Positions 10,025 to 18,026 of a stretch of 64,000 nt of DNA are shown here, piece by piece. This stretch comes from Planctomycetota bacterium. Its GTDB lineage: Bacteria; Planctomycetota; UBA1135; UBA2386. Where the stretch lies: positions 288,001-352,000 of the forward strand of contig OZ245838.1 of NCBI GenBank assembly GCA_965228735.1. The letters are read 5' to 3'. Every line of letters starts with the position of its first letter. The stretch's first letter is position 1. The position numbers and the translations under genes were made by a program. The notes beneath the pieces were generated by a model. It did no database searches, was not told the origin of the DNA, and saw nothing but the letters and a program-made list of their open reading frames with translations.

Positions 10025-10333
10025 GGTGTCTGCTGTTGTGGACTGCGGGGTTGGTGGCGCAGCGCGCGCCGACCTTCTTCACCGTCACCGGGCCGGATAA
10101 CAGCCCGCTCGCCGGGGCAGCCGTGGTCGCGGTTGCCACGCCGAACCTCGCCGCACCGTGGCCACTCGATGTGCGTAGCGGCTTGTCCGACGCGCGGGGG
10201 CGCGCGCAGTTCGAACTCGAGATCGGGCGCGTGTACATCTAGAGCGGCGCGGGTGATGGCCCCGTCGACGACGACGACATCCTGTGGCTTCGACGCGGAC
10301 CGCGAGGGCGAGGTCCAGGTCACTCTCCAGTAG
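10020..10333 (+). pseudogene. Degraded fragment of a secreted protein (carboxypeptidase-regulatory-like beta-sandwich start)
   Basis: LLLWTAGLVA|QR...FTVTGPDNSPLAGAAV...SDARGRAQF, then an in-frame TAG at 10240-10242 and frame disruption. Confidence 0.35.
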
Positions 10334-10464
10334 GAGCGCGGGTTCCTCAGCCCAGCCCCGGGTCCGCGTGACGAAGGCCCGTGACCAGGTCGCTCGATGC
10401 GCGTCCGTACGCGAGGCCCCTGGTTCCCTTCGCGACGGCCCGTGGCCAGGTCCGTCCGAAGATG

Positions 10465-10541
10465 TGGTAGCAGGAGCCGGACTTGAACCGGCGACCTATG
10501 GCTTATGAAGCCACCGCTCTAACCGACTGAGCTATCCTGCC
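10465..10541 (-). tRNA. tRNA-Met (CAT), most likely elongator
   Basis: 77-nt cloverleaf GGCAGGA-TA-GCTC...GAGC-G-GTGGC TTCATAA GCCAT-AGGTC-GCCGG TTCAAGT CCGGC-TCCTGCT-ACCA with encoded CCA. The 1-72 pair is G-U and there is no initiator GGG/CCC anticodon stem. Confidence 0.93.
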
Positions 10542-10719
10542 AGGAAGGACCGAACGCCCTGATCGGGCATTTTCGGGGCGGGGAGGAAACACGATTCGAG
10601 GCGGTCGTGCAAGCACGATTTCGGCGGGGCGCCGCTTCGTGCCACGTCTTGATCCTCCTGTGAGCAGGGCGTTTGCGTGCCCGGGGCCGGGCACCCGGGT
10701 CATTCCTCGTAGTCTTGGC

Positions 10720-10747
10720 TGTAACTTTTGTCGGGTCGCGGCGTAGA
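10720..10747 (+). promoter_or_regulatory. Putative ECF sigma-factor promoter (TGTAAC-N16-CGTA)
   Basis: TGTAAC at 10720-10725 followed by TTTT, a 16-nt spacer, and CGTAGA at 10742-10747; matches the general ECF AAC/CGT architecture. Confidence 0.5.
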
Positions 10748-10748
10748 T

Positions 10749-10882
10749 GGGGGTGCGGGTGGCATGGACCCGCAAACGAGACGAGGTGGGCTCCCTGGCT
10801 GGATTCTCCTCCTCCCTGACTGCGACTCTCCTTTGACGTTCCTCCAAACGACATAGCACCCCCAGCCAGGGAGCCTTTTTTT
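10749..10882 (+). ncRNA. Candidate small RNA with C/U-rich loop and intrinsic terminator
   Basis: 5' hairpin TGCGGGT/ACCCGCA, a perfect 14-bp stem (10789-10802 with 10862-10875) followed by T7, and a loop carrying CTCCTCCTCCC, CTCTCCTTT and TTCCTCC. Confidence 0.55.
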
Positions 10883-11008
10883 CCTCCGCCGGCGCCTCGC
10901 CGCGCGCTCTCGACGTCAGCCTCCCGCCGCGTGAATCGCGGCCCGTGAGTGCGACACCGCGGGTTCGGCTCGCGTCCCCGATCGCTCGATGCTACGAGTC
11001 TGGGCGCC

Positions 11009-12115
11009 ATGACCCGTGATCCGGCCGCTGCTTCCCCCGACCCGGCTCAGCCCGACTGGCTCGCTGGCTGGGACCCCGGCGGCGCCGCTACCGCAGACAG
11101 CGGCATCTTCGGTCTGCCGTGCCCGGCCGACCAGGCGGCGATCGGCATCGTGCCGGTGCCGTTCGCGGCGACGGTGAGCTACGGCGGTGGGGCCGAACGT
11201 GGGCCCGCGGCGGTGCTCGCTGCGAGCCACCAGGTCGACCTCTATGACCTGCAGTTCGGCCGGATCTACGAACGTGGCATCCACCTCGCCGAGCCCGATG
11301 CCGCCATCGCCAAGGCGCACGCCGAAGCGCGGCCGCAGTGCGAGGCCGTCATCGAGGCCGGCGGCGCGGGCGCCGGCTCGGATGCGGTCGCCGCCGTCGA
11401 TGCGGCGGGCGCGCTCGTGAACGAGCGGGTTCGCGCCGCGGTCACCGAGCTGCTCGACGCCGGGCGTGTGCCGGCCGTTCTTGGCGGCGATCACTCCGTG
11501 CCGTTCGGCGCGATCGCCGCGGTCGCCGAACGCCACCCCGGCGTCGGCATCCTGCACGTCGACGCGCACGCGGATCTGCGCGCGGCCTACGAGGGGTTCC
11601 GCTGGAGTCACGCGTCGATCATGCACAACGTGCTCGCGGAGGTGCCGGGCGTCGCGCGCATCGTGCAGGTCGGCATCCGCGACTTCAGCGAGGACGAGCT
11701 GCGCGCGATCGAGGGCGCTGCCGGGCGCGTCGTCACGCACTTCGATGCGGAATGGCAGCGCCGCCGCTTCGAGGGCGAGTCGTTCGCCAGTCTCTGTCAT
11801 GAGGCGATCGCCGCGCTGCCGAACGAGGTCTACGTGAGCTTCGACATCGACGGGCTCGACCCGGCGCTGTGTCCCAACACGGGCACCCCGGTGCCCTCCG
11901 GTCTGCAGTTCGCGGAAGCGACGTTCCTGCTCGGCGCTCTCACGGCCAGCGGTCGTCGCATCGTCGGGTTCGACCTCGTGGAGGTCGCGCCGGCGCCGGT
12001 CGACGCGGCCGCCGAGAACGGCGCGGCGTCGGACACGGCGGCCGCGGAATGGGACGCGAACGTCGGCGCCCGGCTGCTCTACAAACTCTGCGGCGCCGCG
12101 CTCCACACGCAGTAA
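11009..12115 (+). CDS. speB: Agmatinase/arginase-family ureohydrolase
   Basis: GGDHS, HVDAHADLR, SHAS, SFDIDGLDP and GTPVPSG metal-binding motifs; alternative GTG start at 10949. Confidence 0.85.
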   Translation: MTRDPAAASPDPAQPDWLAGWDPGGAATADSGIFGLPCPADQAAIGIVPVPFAATVSYGGGAERGPAAVLAASHQVDLYDLQFGRIYERGIHLAEPDAAIAKAHAEARPQCEAVIEAGGAGAGSDAVAAVDAAGALVNERVRAAVTELLDAGRVPAVLGGDHSVPFGAIAAVAERHPGVGILHVDAHADLRAAYEGFRWSHASIMHNVLAEVPGVARIVQVGIRDFSEDELRAIEGAAGRVVTHFDAEWQRRRFEGESFASLCHEAIAALPNEVYVSFDIDGLDPALCPNTGTPVPSGLQFAEATFLLGALTASGRRIVGFDLVEVAPAPVDAAAENGAASDTAAAEWDANVGARLLYKLCGAALHTQ

Positions 12116-12117
12116 CC

Positions 12118-12154
12118 GGGGTTGGGTACGGTGCCAGGCACCGTACGCAACCCC
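12118..12154. repeat. Intergenic palindrome GGGGTTG-G-GTACGGTGCC-A-GGCACCGTAC-G-CAACCCC (REP-like)
   Basis: Near-perfect inverted repeat directly after the agmatinase stop; shares GTACGGTRCC with the repeats at 58.6 and 59.5 kb. Confidence 0.7.
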
Positions 12155-12195
12155 CTCAAGGTCGTCTGGCCGATGGTCGATAGCCGGAAGCGAGG

Positions 12196-13320
12196 ATGTC
12201 CGATTCCGTCGACACCAACGGGGCCGCGATCGTGGAGCGTCCTGCCGGCGCCGAGCTGGCGCAGGCCGACGCGGCGCGCGCGTTCGTGCCGTTTGCGCGC
12301 GCGACGATCGCGGAGTTGCGGGACGGACTCGAGGCTGGGGCGACGACGGATTGGCATGACGCGCTGCGCGTGCTGAGCGGAACGTTGCAGGCGCTCGATC
12401 TGCCGCTGCCCGCGCGGTTGTGTCGGGTCGCGCCCGCGGCGGATCCGGACGCCGTCGACCCATCGGTGCGCGGCGCAGTGCTCGACGTTCTCGGTTCTGC
12501 CGTCGACCGGCTCGCGGCCGACCCGGCGGGGGCGGCAACGCCAGCGCCCGAGGATCCGGCGATCGCGGCGGCGCAGCAGCTCGTCGCCACACTGAGCGGG
12601 GACGCGGATGCCGACCTCGAATGCGAGCCCGGCGGTGAGTTTGCCGCGGACTGCGCCGAGTTCGTCGGCGCGCTGCGCGACGAGATGGTGCTCGTCGAAT
12701 CGATCTTCAAGGCCGGTGGGGTGCCGAACGTGGAGCAGCGCACGGAGGCGCGCGGGGCCGCGAGCGGCGTCGCCGCGATCGCCGCGATGCTCGAGGTCGC
12801 GCCGATCGTCGAGCTCGCGCGCGTGGTCGCCGGTGTGCTGAGTCGCGAACTGGATTGGGACGCCCTCGACGAACTCGAGCCGGTCGTCGAACGGCTGCGG
12901 CAACTCGTCGAGGCGGTCGCCGGCGCCGATGGGCCGACGGTCGGTGAGTTCGGCGCCGCGTTCGATGCGGCGTTCGCCATCACGCTGCGGCGGCCCGTCG
13001 ACGCCGTTCTCGAAGTCGAGATCGCAGGCGAGGCGGTCGGGGTGCCGGCTGCGTTCGTCGGCGAAGTGCTCGCGGTCGCGGAAGCGACGGCGCGCGGCCT
13101 CACGTTGGTCGACCCCCAGGGCGGCAGCGGCGGCAGCAACGCGGTCGGGCCGGTGAGCAGCGTCGTGGCTTTGACCCCGGCGGCGGTCGATGCTGCGGGC
13201 GTCGAGGCGCCGGGCGCGGGTTTCGGTCTCGTCGTCGACGCCGTGCTGGGCGTGCGACCGGCGGTCGAGGCCGCGGAACTCGAGCTCCTCGACGTCGAGA
13301 GTCTGCTCGCCGACGCCTGA
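12196..13320 (+). CDS. Hypothetical protein with C-terminal CheW-like domain and degenerate Hpt-like helices
   Basis: The C-terminus VLEVEIAGEAVGVPAAFVGEVL...GFGLVVDAVLG...LLDVESLL resembles CheW. No kinase H/N/G boxes are visible. Confidence 0.55.
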   Translation: MSDSVDTNGAAIVERPAGAELAQADAARAFVPFARATIAELRDGLEAGATTDWHDALRVLSGTLQALDLPLPARLCRVAPAADPDAVDPSVRGAVLDVLGSAVDRLAADPAGAATPAPEDPAIAAAQQLVATLSGDADADLECEPGGEFAADCAEFVGALRDEMVLVESIFKAGGVPNVEQRTEARGAASGVAAIAAMLEVAPIVELARVVAGVLSRELDWDALDELEPVVERLRQLVEAVAGADGPTVGEFGAAFDAAFAITLRRPVDAVLEVEIAGEAVGVPAAFVGEVLAVAEATARGLTLVDPQGGSGGSNAVGPVSSVVALTPAAVDAAGVEAPGAGFGLVVDAVLGVRPAVEAAELELLDVESLLADA

Positions 13321-13393
13321 GTCCGACTCCGGACACCGGTGCGCGCCACTGTTGCCTTGCGTCGGGCGTGCGCGGGCACCAAAGTCGTCGGCG

Positions 13394-14644
13394 ATGCCGC
13401 AGCCGATCACCCTGTTCGAAGCCCGCGACCACGTTCTCGGAGCCGCCTGCCCCGAGCTGCCCGCCGAGCGGGTGCCGCTCGCCGAAGCGCGCGGCCGGTT
13501 CCTCGCGACTGACGTCGCGAGCGATGGACCGTGGCCGGCGACCGACCGTTCCGCGATGGACGGCTTCGCCGCCGCGGCGGGCAGCAGCGGGATCGCCGCC
13601 GGCACGACGTTGCCGGTCGTCGGCGAGAGCCTCGCGGGCAAGCCGTTCGATGGCGAGCTCGCCAGCGGGCAGGCGATTCGGATCATGACGGGCGCGGTCG
13701 TACCGGCGGGCACTGATGCGGTCGTGCCCGTCGAACTGACGAGCGGCTACGCGGGTGAGACCGTCACGTTCAACGACGCAGTGCAGAGCGGGCAGAACGT
13801 GCGGCCACAGGGCTCGGAGCTCTCGGCGGGCGCGGTCGTCCTGCGGGCCGGGCAACGCATCGGCGCGGCCGAGATCGGCGCGCTCGCGGTGCTCGGTCAC
13901 GCCGAGGTCGGCGTGCGGCGGCGGGTGAGGGTCGGCATCGTCGCGACCGGTGACGAGGTCGTGCCCGTGGACCAGCAACCGTTGCCGCACCAGGTGCGCG
14001 AGAGCAACTCGTGGGCGCTCGCCGCGCAGGTCGAGGAGTGCGGCGCCGAGGCGATGCGGCTCGGCATCGCGCCCGACGAATCGGCAGCGTTGCGAGCGAT
14101 GTTGCAGGACGGGCTCGAACGCGCCGACGTCGTCGTGACCATCGGCGGCGTGAGCAAGGGCACGCACGATCTCGTGCACGGCACGCTGACCGAGCTCGGC
14201 GTCGACACGGTGTTCCACGGCATCCGGTTGAAGCCCGGCAAGCCGACCTACTTCGGCACCCGCGCGGCCGGTGTCGCGGGGCAGGGTGGCGCGGCGTTCG
14301 CGTTCGGGCTGCCCGGCAACCCGGCGTCGAGCTTCACCGTGTTCGACCTGCTCGTGCGACCGATGCTCGTGCGGCTTGCGGGTGGCGCGCCCGGCGAGTG
14401 GGGCGGTGCGCTGCCGCCCGGCGGGCAGCCGTGGCGCAGCAACCGCCGGCTGCAGGCCGTGCCCGCGCGGCTCGCGCTCACCGCGAACGGCGCCGCCGTG
14501 GAGCTCGGCTCGGCCCGACCGAGCGGCGATCCGTTCAGCCTGCTCGGCAGCGACCTTTACGCGCTGGTGCCCGCGGAGCGCAGTCCCGACGACGTGGACG
14601 CCGTGCAGGTCGTCGGGCGCTCGCGTGGCGTGGAGTTGCCGTGA
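13394..14644 (+). CDS. moeA: Molybdopterin molybdotransferase MoeA
   Basis: DRSAMDGFA, IRIMTGAVVPAGTDAVVPVE, ATGDEV, TIGGVSKG, KPGKP, GLPGNP. Confidence 0.93.
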   Translation: MPQPITLFEARDHVLGAACPELPAERVPLAEARGRFLATDVASDGPWPATDRSAMDGFAAAAGSSGIAAGTTLPVVGESLAGKPFDGELASGQAIRIMTGAVVPAGTDAVVPVELTSGYAGETVTFNDAVQSGQNVRPQGSELSAGAVVLRAGQRIGAAEIGALAVLGHAEVGVRRRVRVGIVATGDEVVPVDQQPLPHQVRESNSWALAAQVEECGAEAMRLGIAPDESAALRAMLQDGLERADVVVTIGGVSKGTHDLVHGTLTELGVDTVFHGIRLKPGKPTYFGTRAAGVAGQGGAAFAFGLPGNPASSFTVFDLLVRPMLVRLAGGAPGEWGGALPPGGQPWRSNRRLQAVPARLALTANGAAVELGSARPSGDPFSLLGSDLYALVPAERSPDDVDAVQVVGRSRGVELP

Positions 14645-16278
14645 GCGATCCGGTCGGAGTCGGCGAGCCGGCGACGGCGACGACGACGCGGGCGGGCTGG
14701 GCCCTGGCGCTCGTCGGCGGGCTGCTGCTCGCCGCTGCGATGCCGGGCGTGATCGGCTTCGACCATCTGGCGCCGGTGTTCGTGATTCCCGGCCTCATGG
14801 CGTGGTTCGCGCTCGCGACGGGTGCGCGGCGGCCGCTGCTCACGACGTATCTCTTCGGCGCGCTCGTCATGGCCGTGTTCTCGTGGTCGCTGCATCACGT
14901 GCTCGTGCCGGCATACCTCGCGGTCGTCGTGCTCGGCGCCGGCTACTTCTGGCTCGGCTCGATCGCGACGCGCGTCGCGCCCGCCTCGAAGAGCGGCCTG
15001 CGCATCGTCGCGTTCGCGGCCGCGGTCGCGGGCTCGTTCTGGCTGCGCGCCGCGATGCCCGAGATCTACTACCCGCACGGCCAGCCCGCGCACGCGCTCT
15101 ACCGCTACCCCGTTCTGCTCGGCGCGATCGGCCTCGGGGGTGAGCCGATCGTGAACGCGCTGCTCGCGGCGCTCGCAGCTGCTTTGGTCGAGTGCTGGCG
15201 CGGCTGGCGCGTCGCGGTGCCGGCGTTCGGTGGCGCGCGCGCGCGCCTGATCGTCGCGGCGACCGTGGCGATCCTCGCCACGGTGCTCGGTCACTTCCTG
15301 CGGCCGCAGCGCGCCGGAGTGGGGGAGATCGATGTCCTCGCGATCGAGCCGGGGCTGCACTCGTTCGACCTGCAGATCATGGGGCAGCTCGATCGCCGGC
15401 GGTACGACGCAGCGTTGCGGGGGCTGTTCTTCGAACCGACGCGTCTCGCGTTCGCCGAGCCGTCGCCGCCGGACCTCGTCTGCTGGCCCGAGACGGCGAT
15501 GCCGCTGTTGCCGCCGTTGGCCGAACTCGGAACCCAGATCGGCCTGCCGCGCGGGCTGGCAAGACGTGCCGTCTCGGGCCGCGTGCTGTTCGGCGCTCTC
15601 GTCGGGCGCGACGTCGGCACCACACCCGCGGCGCTGTTGCTCGATCCTCACACCGGCCAAGCGACGGACTGGCAGGGTAAGCGTTGCCTCGTCCCGGGCG
15701 GCGAGTTCATCCCGCTGACCCGCGTGCTGCCGTTCGGGCTCGGCGACCTGATGTTCGACGCGTTCGAGAGCGCGCTCGGTGGCGCGCCCGACTTCGTCGC
15801 GGGTCCGGTCCGGCCACCGCTCGAGCTGCCGGGCGGGCAGCGCTGCGGCACGTTGCTGTGCTACGACAACGCGTTCCCCGGTCCGGCGCGCGCCCAGGTC
15901 GACGCCGGCGCGCAGTTCCTCGTCGTGCTGTCGAACGAATGTTGGTACCAGGGCGGCGCCGAGCTCCAGCAGCTCGTCGCGATGACGGTCTGCCGGGCGC
16001 TCGAGAACGGCGTCGCGGTGCTGCGCTGCACCACGGACGGCTGGTCGGTGCTCGTCGGGCCCGACGGTGGGATCCGCGCCGAGCTGCCGTTGCCGGCGCC
16101 CGCGGGTGGGGGCGGCCGAATTTTGCGGACGAAAGTGCCGCTGGTGGCGCCACCGGAGCGCCCCATGCCATCGTGGCAAGGGGTTTGGGGGCCGCTGCTC
16201 GGGGTTTGGCTCGGTCTCGGGGCCCTGCACAGCCTCTGGCGGTGGGCTAGACTCCGTGTAGCTCGGAACGCTTCCTAG
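14641..16278 (+). CDS. lnt: Apolipoprotein N-acyltransferase
   Basis: N-terminal TM helices, then nitrilase-fold catalytic motifs WPE, KRCLVPGGEFIP, LLCYDN, SNECWY and RALENG; GTG start overlaps the moeA stop. Confidence 0.85.
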   Translation: MSDPVGVGEPATATTTRAGWALALVGGLLLAAAMPGVIGFDHLAPVFVIPGLMAWFALATGARRPLLTTYLFGALVMAVFSWSLHHVLVPAYLAVVVLGAGYFWLGSIATRVAPASKSGLRIVAFAAAVAGSFWLRAAMPEIYYPHGQPAHALYRYPVLLGAIGLGGEPIVNALLAALAAALVECWRGWRVAVPAFGGARARLIVAATVAILATVLGHFLRPQRAGVGEIDVLAIEPGLHSFDLQIMGQLDRRRYDAALRGLFFEPTRLAFAEPSPPDLVCWPETAMPLLPPLAELGTQIGLPRGLARRAVSGRVLFGALVGRDVGTTPAALLLDPHTGQATDWQGKRCLVPGGEFIPLTRVLPFGLGDLMFDAFESALGGAPDFVAGPVRPPLELPGGQRCGTLLCYDNAFPGPARAQVDAGAQFLVVLSNECWYQGGAELQQLVAMTVCRALENGVAVLRCTTDGWSVLVGPDGGIRAELPLPAPAGGGGRILRTKVPLVAPPERPMPSWQGVWGPLLGVWLGLGALHSLWRWARLRVARNAS

Positions 16279-16325
16279 GCGTTCGGGCGGTCCGGGATTC
16301 CCCGTATCGCCCGGCGAAGAGGTGC

Positions 16326-16353
16326 TTGACGGGTCCCTGCACGAAGTTACGAT
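16326..16353 (+). promoter_or_regulatory. Putative sigma70 promoter TTGACG-N16-TACGAT
   Basis: Close match to the -35/-10 consensus, about 200 nt upstream of the 16556 ORF. Confidence 0.5.
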
Positions 16354-16555
16354 TCCGCCGCCCTAGGCCCCTCTCGCTGTGGGTGCGGTAAGCTTTCGCG
16401 CCGGGCCGGCTCGCGCCTCCTGGTCGTTCCATCCGCCTCCAACCCGATTCGCTGTCACGAGATAGCATTCGACCCGCTTCAAACCCCTCTGCTACCTAGC
16501 CCTTCCGTCAAGAGCCTGCGTCTTGACCGCAAGTTAGGAGAAACCTGCTCTAACC

Positions 16556-17425
16556 ATGAGTCCCATCGGCCGCGTATTCATCGTTCTCAACCTCGCGCTC
16601 GCGGGTGGCTTCGTGTTCTTCGCGGGCACGCACCTGCAAGCCAAGCAAAACTACAAGTCCGAGCTCGAGGCCAAGACGGCCGACTGGGCCGAGAAGGAGA
16701 AGGGCTTCAACGCCCAGATCACCCAGCTCCAGACCGAACGCGGTCAGCTCGAGGTCGCCAAGACCCAGCGCGAGACGGAGCTCAACGGCATCAAGGTCGC
16801 GCTCGACGACGCGCGCGACGAGAACAAGCGCCTCACGGAGCAGAACGCTTCGCTCGAGGGTGACATCAAGCAGCTCGTGACGGCCGCCGAGGCCAGCAAC
16901 GCGCAGAGCAAGTCGGCGTTCGACACCGCGACCGCCGCGTTCGAGAAGGCGCAGGCCGACGCCTCGGCCAAGGACGCCGCGATCCGTGAGAAGGACGCCG
17001 CGGTCGCCGAGAACCGCACGCTGAAGAACACGATCGAAGAGCTCAACTCGACGGTCCAGGACAAGGACATGCAGCTCGCCGACCTCGCCAAGGAGCGCAA
17101 CGAGCTCTCCCTGCTGGTCGCGGTCGCCGAGGAGAACGGCTTCGTTCCGGGTCTCGCCGCGCCGACGCTCGCGGGCAGCGTGTTCCACGTCGCCAACAAC
17201 CGCCTGTGCTCGATCCAGATCACGGACAACCCGAACAACGTCGACATCGCCGACCAGATCGCGAAGCGCAAGTTCAGCTTCGCCATCTACGACGCCTCCT
17301 CGGGCTACAAGGGCGAAGCCGTCGCGACCTCCTACAGCTCGGAAGAGAACGTCGTCATGTGCCGCCTGATCCCGCACAAGGGCGAGATCCAGAAGGGCGA
17401 CAAGGCCTCGACGAAGACTCCGTAG
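16556..17425 (+). CDS. Membrane-anchored coiled-coil protein with C-terminal beta domain
   Basis: SD AGGAGA, N-terminal TM (IGRVFIVLNLALAGGFVFFAG), long heptad region, C-terminal ...GEIQKGDKASTK, and strong C/G third-position bias. Confidence 0.85.
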   Translation: MSPIGRVFIVLNLALAGGFVFFAGTHLQAKQNYKSELEAKTADWAEKEKGFNAQITQLQTERGQLEVAKTQRETELNGIKVALDDARDENKRLTEQNASLEGDIKQLVTAAEASNAQSKSAFDTATAAFEKAQADASAKDAAIREKDAAVAENRTLKNTIEELNSTVQDKDMQLADLAKERNELSLLVAVAEENGFVPGLAAPTLAGSVFHVANNRLCSIQITDNPNNVDIADQIAKRKFSFAIYDASSGYKGEAVATSYSSEENVVMCRLIPHKGEIQKGDKASTKTP

Positions 17426-17477
17426 GAGTCCCGGCCTTTCCCCTTCTCACCCAAGAGCATCCAAGGAGACGTTCACC

Positions 17478-17639
17478 ATGGCTTCCAAGCGCAAGTCCAA
17501 CGCGGCTGCTTCGACGGACGTCGAAGTGGTCGACAAGCCCGGCATGGGCCTCGACGAAGGCATCGTCCTGATGACGACCTTCCTGCTGATCGGCGCGATC
17601 GCGTTCGTGATCATCGCCAACGGCAAGTACGGCGTGTAG
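17478..17639 (+). CDS. 53-aa single-pass membrane protein (below the ORF-track cutoff)
   Basis: AAGGAGA SD 8 nt upstream; MASKRKSNAAASTDVEVVDKPGMGLDEGIVLMTTFLLIGAIAFVIIANGKYGV*; typical codon usage. Confidence 0.8.
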   Translation: MASKRKSNAAASTDVEVVDKPGMGLDEGIVLMTTFLLIGAIAFVIIANGKYGV

Positions 17640-17648
17640 GGACGGTTC

Positions 17649-17710
17649 CCCGCTCGCCGCGGGGGCGTTCCCCCGCTCGCCGCGGGGGCGGCCCGCTCGC
17701 CGCGGGGGCG
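17649..17710. repeat. Three tandem copies of the 19-nt hairpin unit CCCGCTCGCCGCGGGGGCG
   Basis: Exact copies at 17649, 17672 and 17692; each folds as CCCGC/GCGGG. Confidence 0.85.
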
Positions 17711-18026
17711 GTTCAGCCCTCGCGACGGGAGCGGCTAGCGGTCGCCCTTCTCCCGGGCGATCGAAACCCACCTCGCGGATTCCACGAGGTTTCCACAGCC
17801 CGACTGGCGCGGCCGCCAGCCGGGCTCGTTCATGTACGGGAAGGTCGCGAAGTATCCGTTGCGACCGGAGAGCAGCCTGCTACCGTGGGCTCGGCTCGGG
17901 GAATCTGCCGCACGGTCTGCGCCGGATTCCAGGTCATCGAGCCCGCCGTTTGGTCAACGGCGTTCGTGTCTGCAACGGTCAACTATCCCGGCATCGAGCC
18001 ACTCCTCGATCCGGGTGAGGTCCTAG

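Noticed and set aside
10465..10541. tRNA-Ile2 (lysidine) or initiator tRNA-fMet
   Set aside because: It lacks the initiator C1:A72 mismatch and GGG/CCC anticodon stem, and the acceptor stem looks more like elongator Met. Ile2 is not fully excluded without a covariance model.
10749..10882. Guanidine riboswitch upstream of the ureohydrolase
   Set aside because: ACGA occurs twice but not as twin hairpin tetraloops, and I could not see a ykkC-type consensus. An Rfam scan would settle it.
17645..17712. GTTCCCCGC...GCGGGG units resembling type I-E CRISPR repeats
   Set aside because: The units are separated by only 1-4 nt, so there are no spacers, and no cas genes are in the window.
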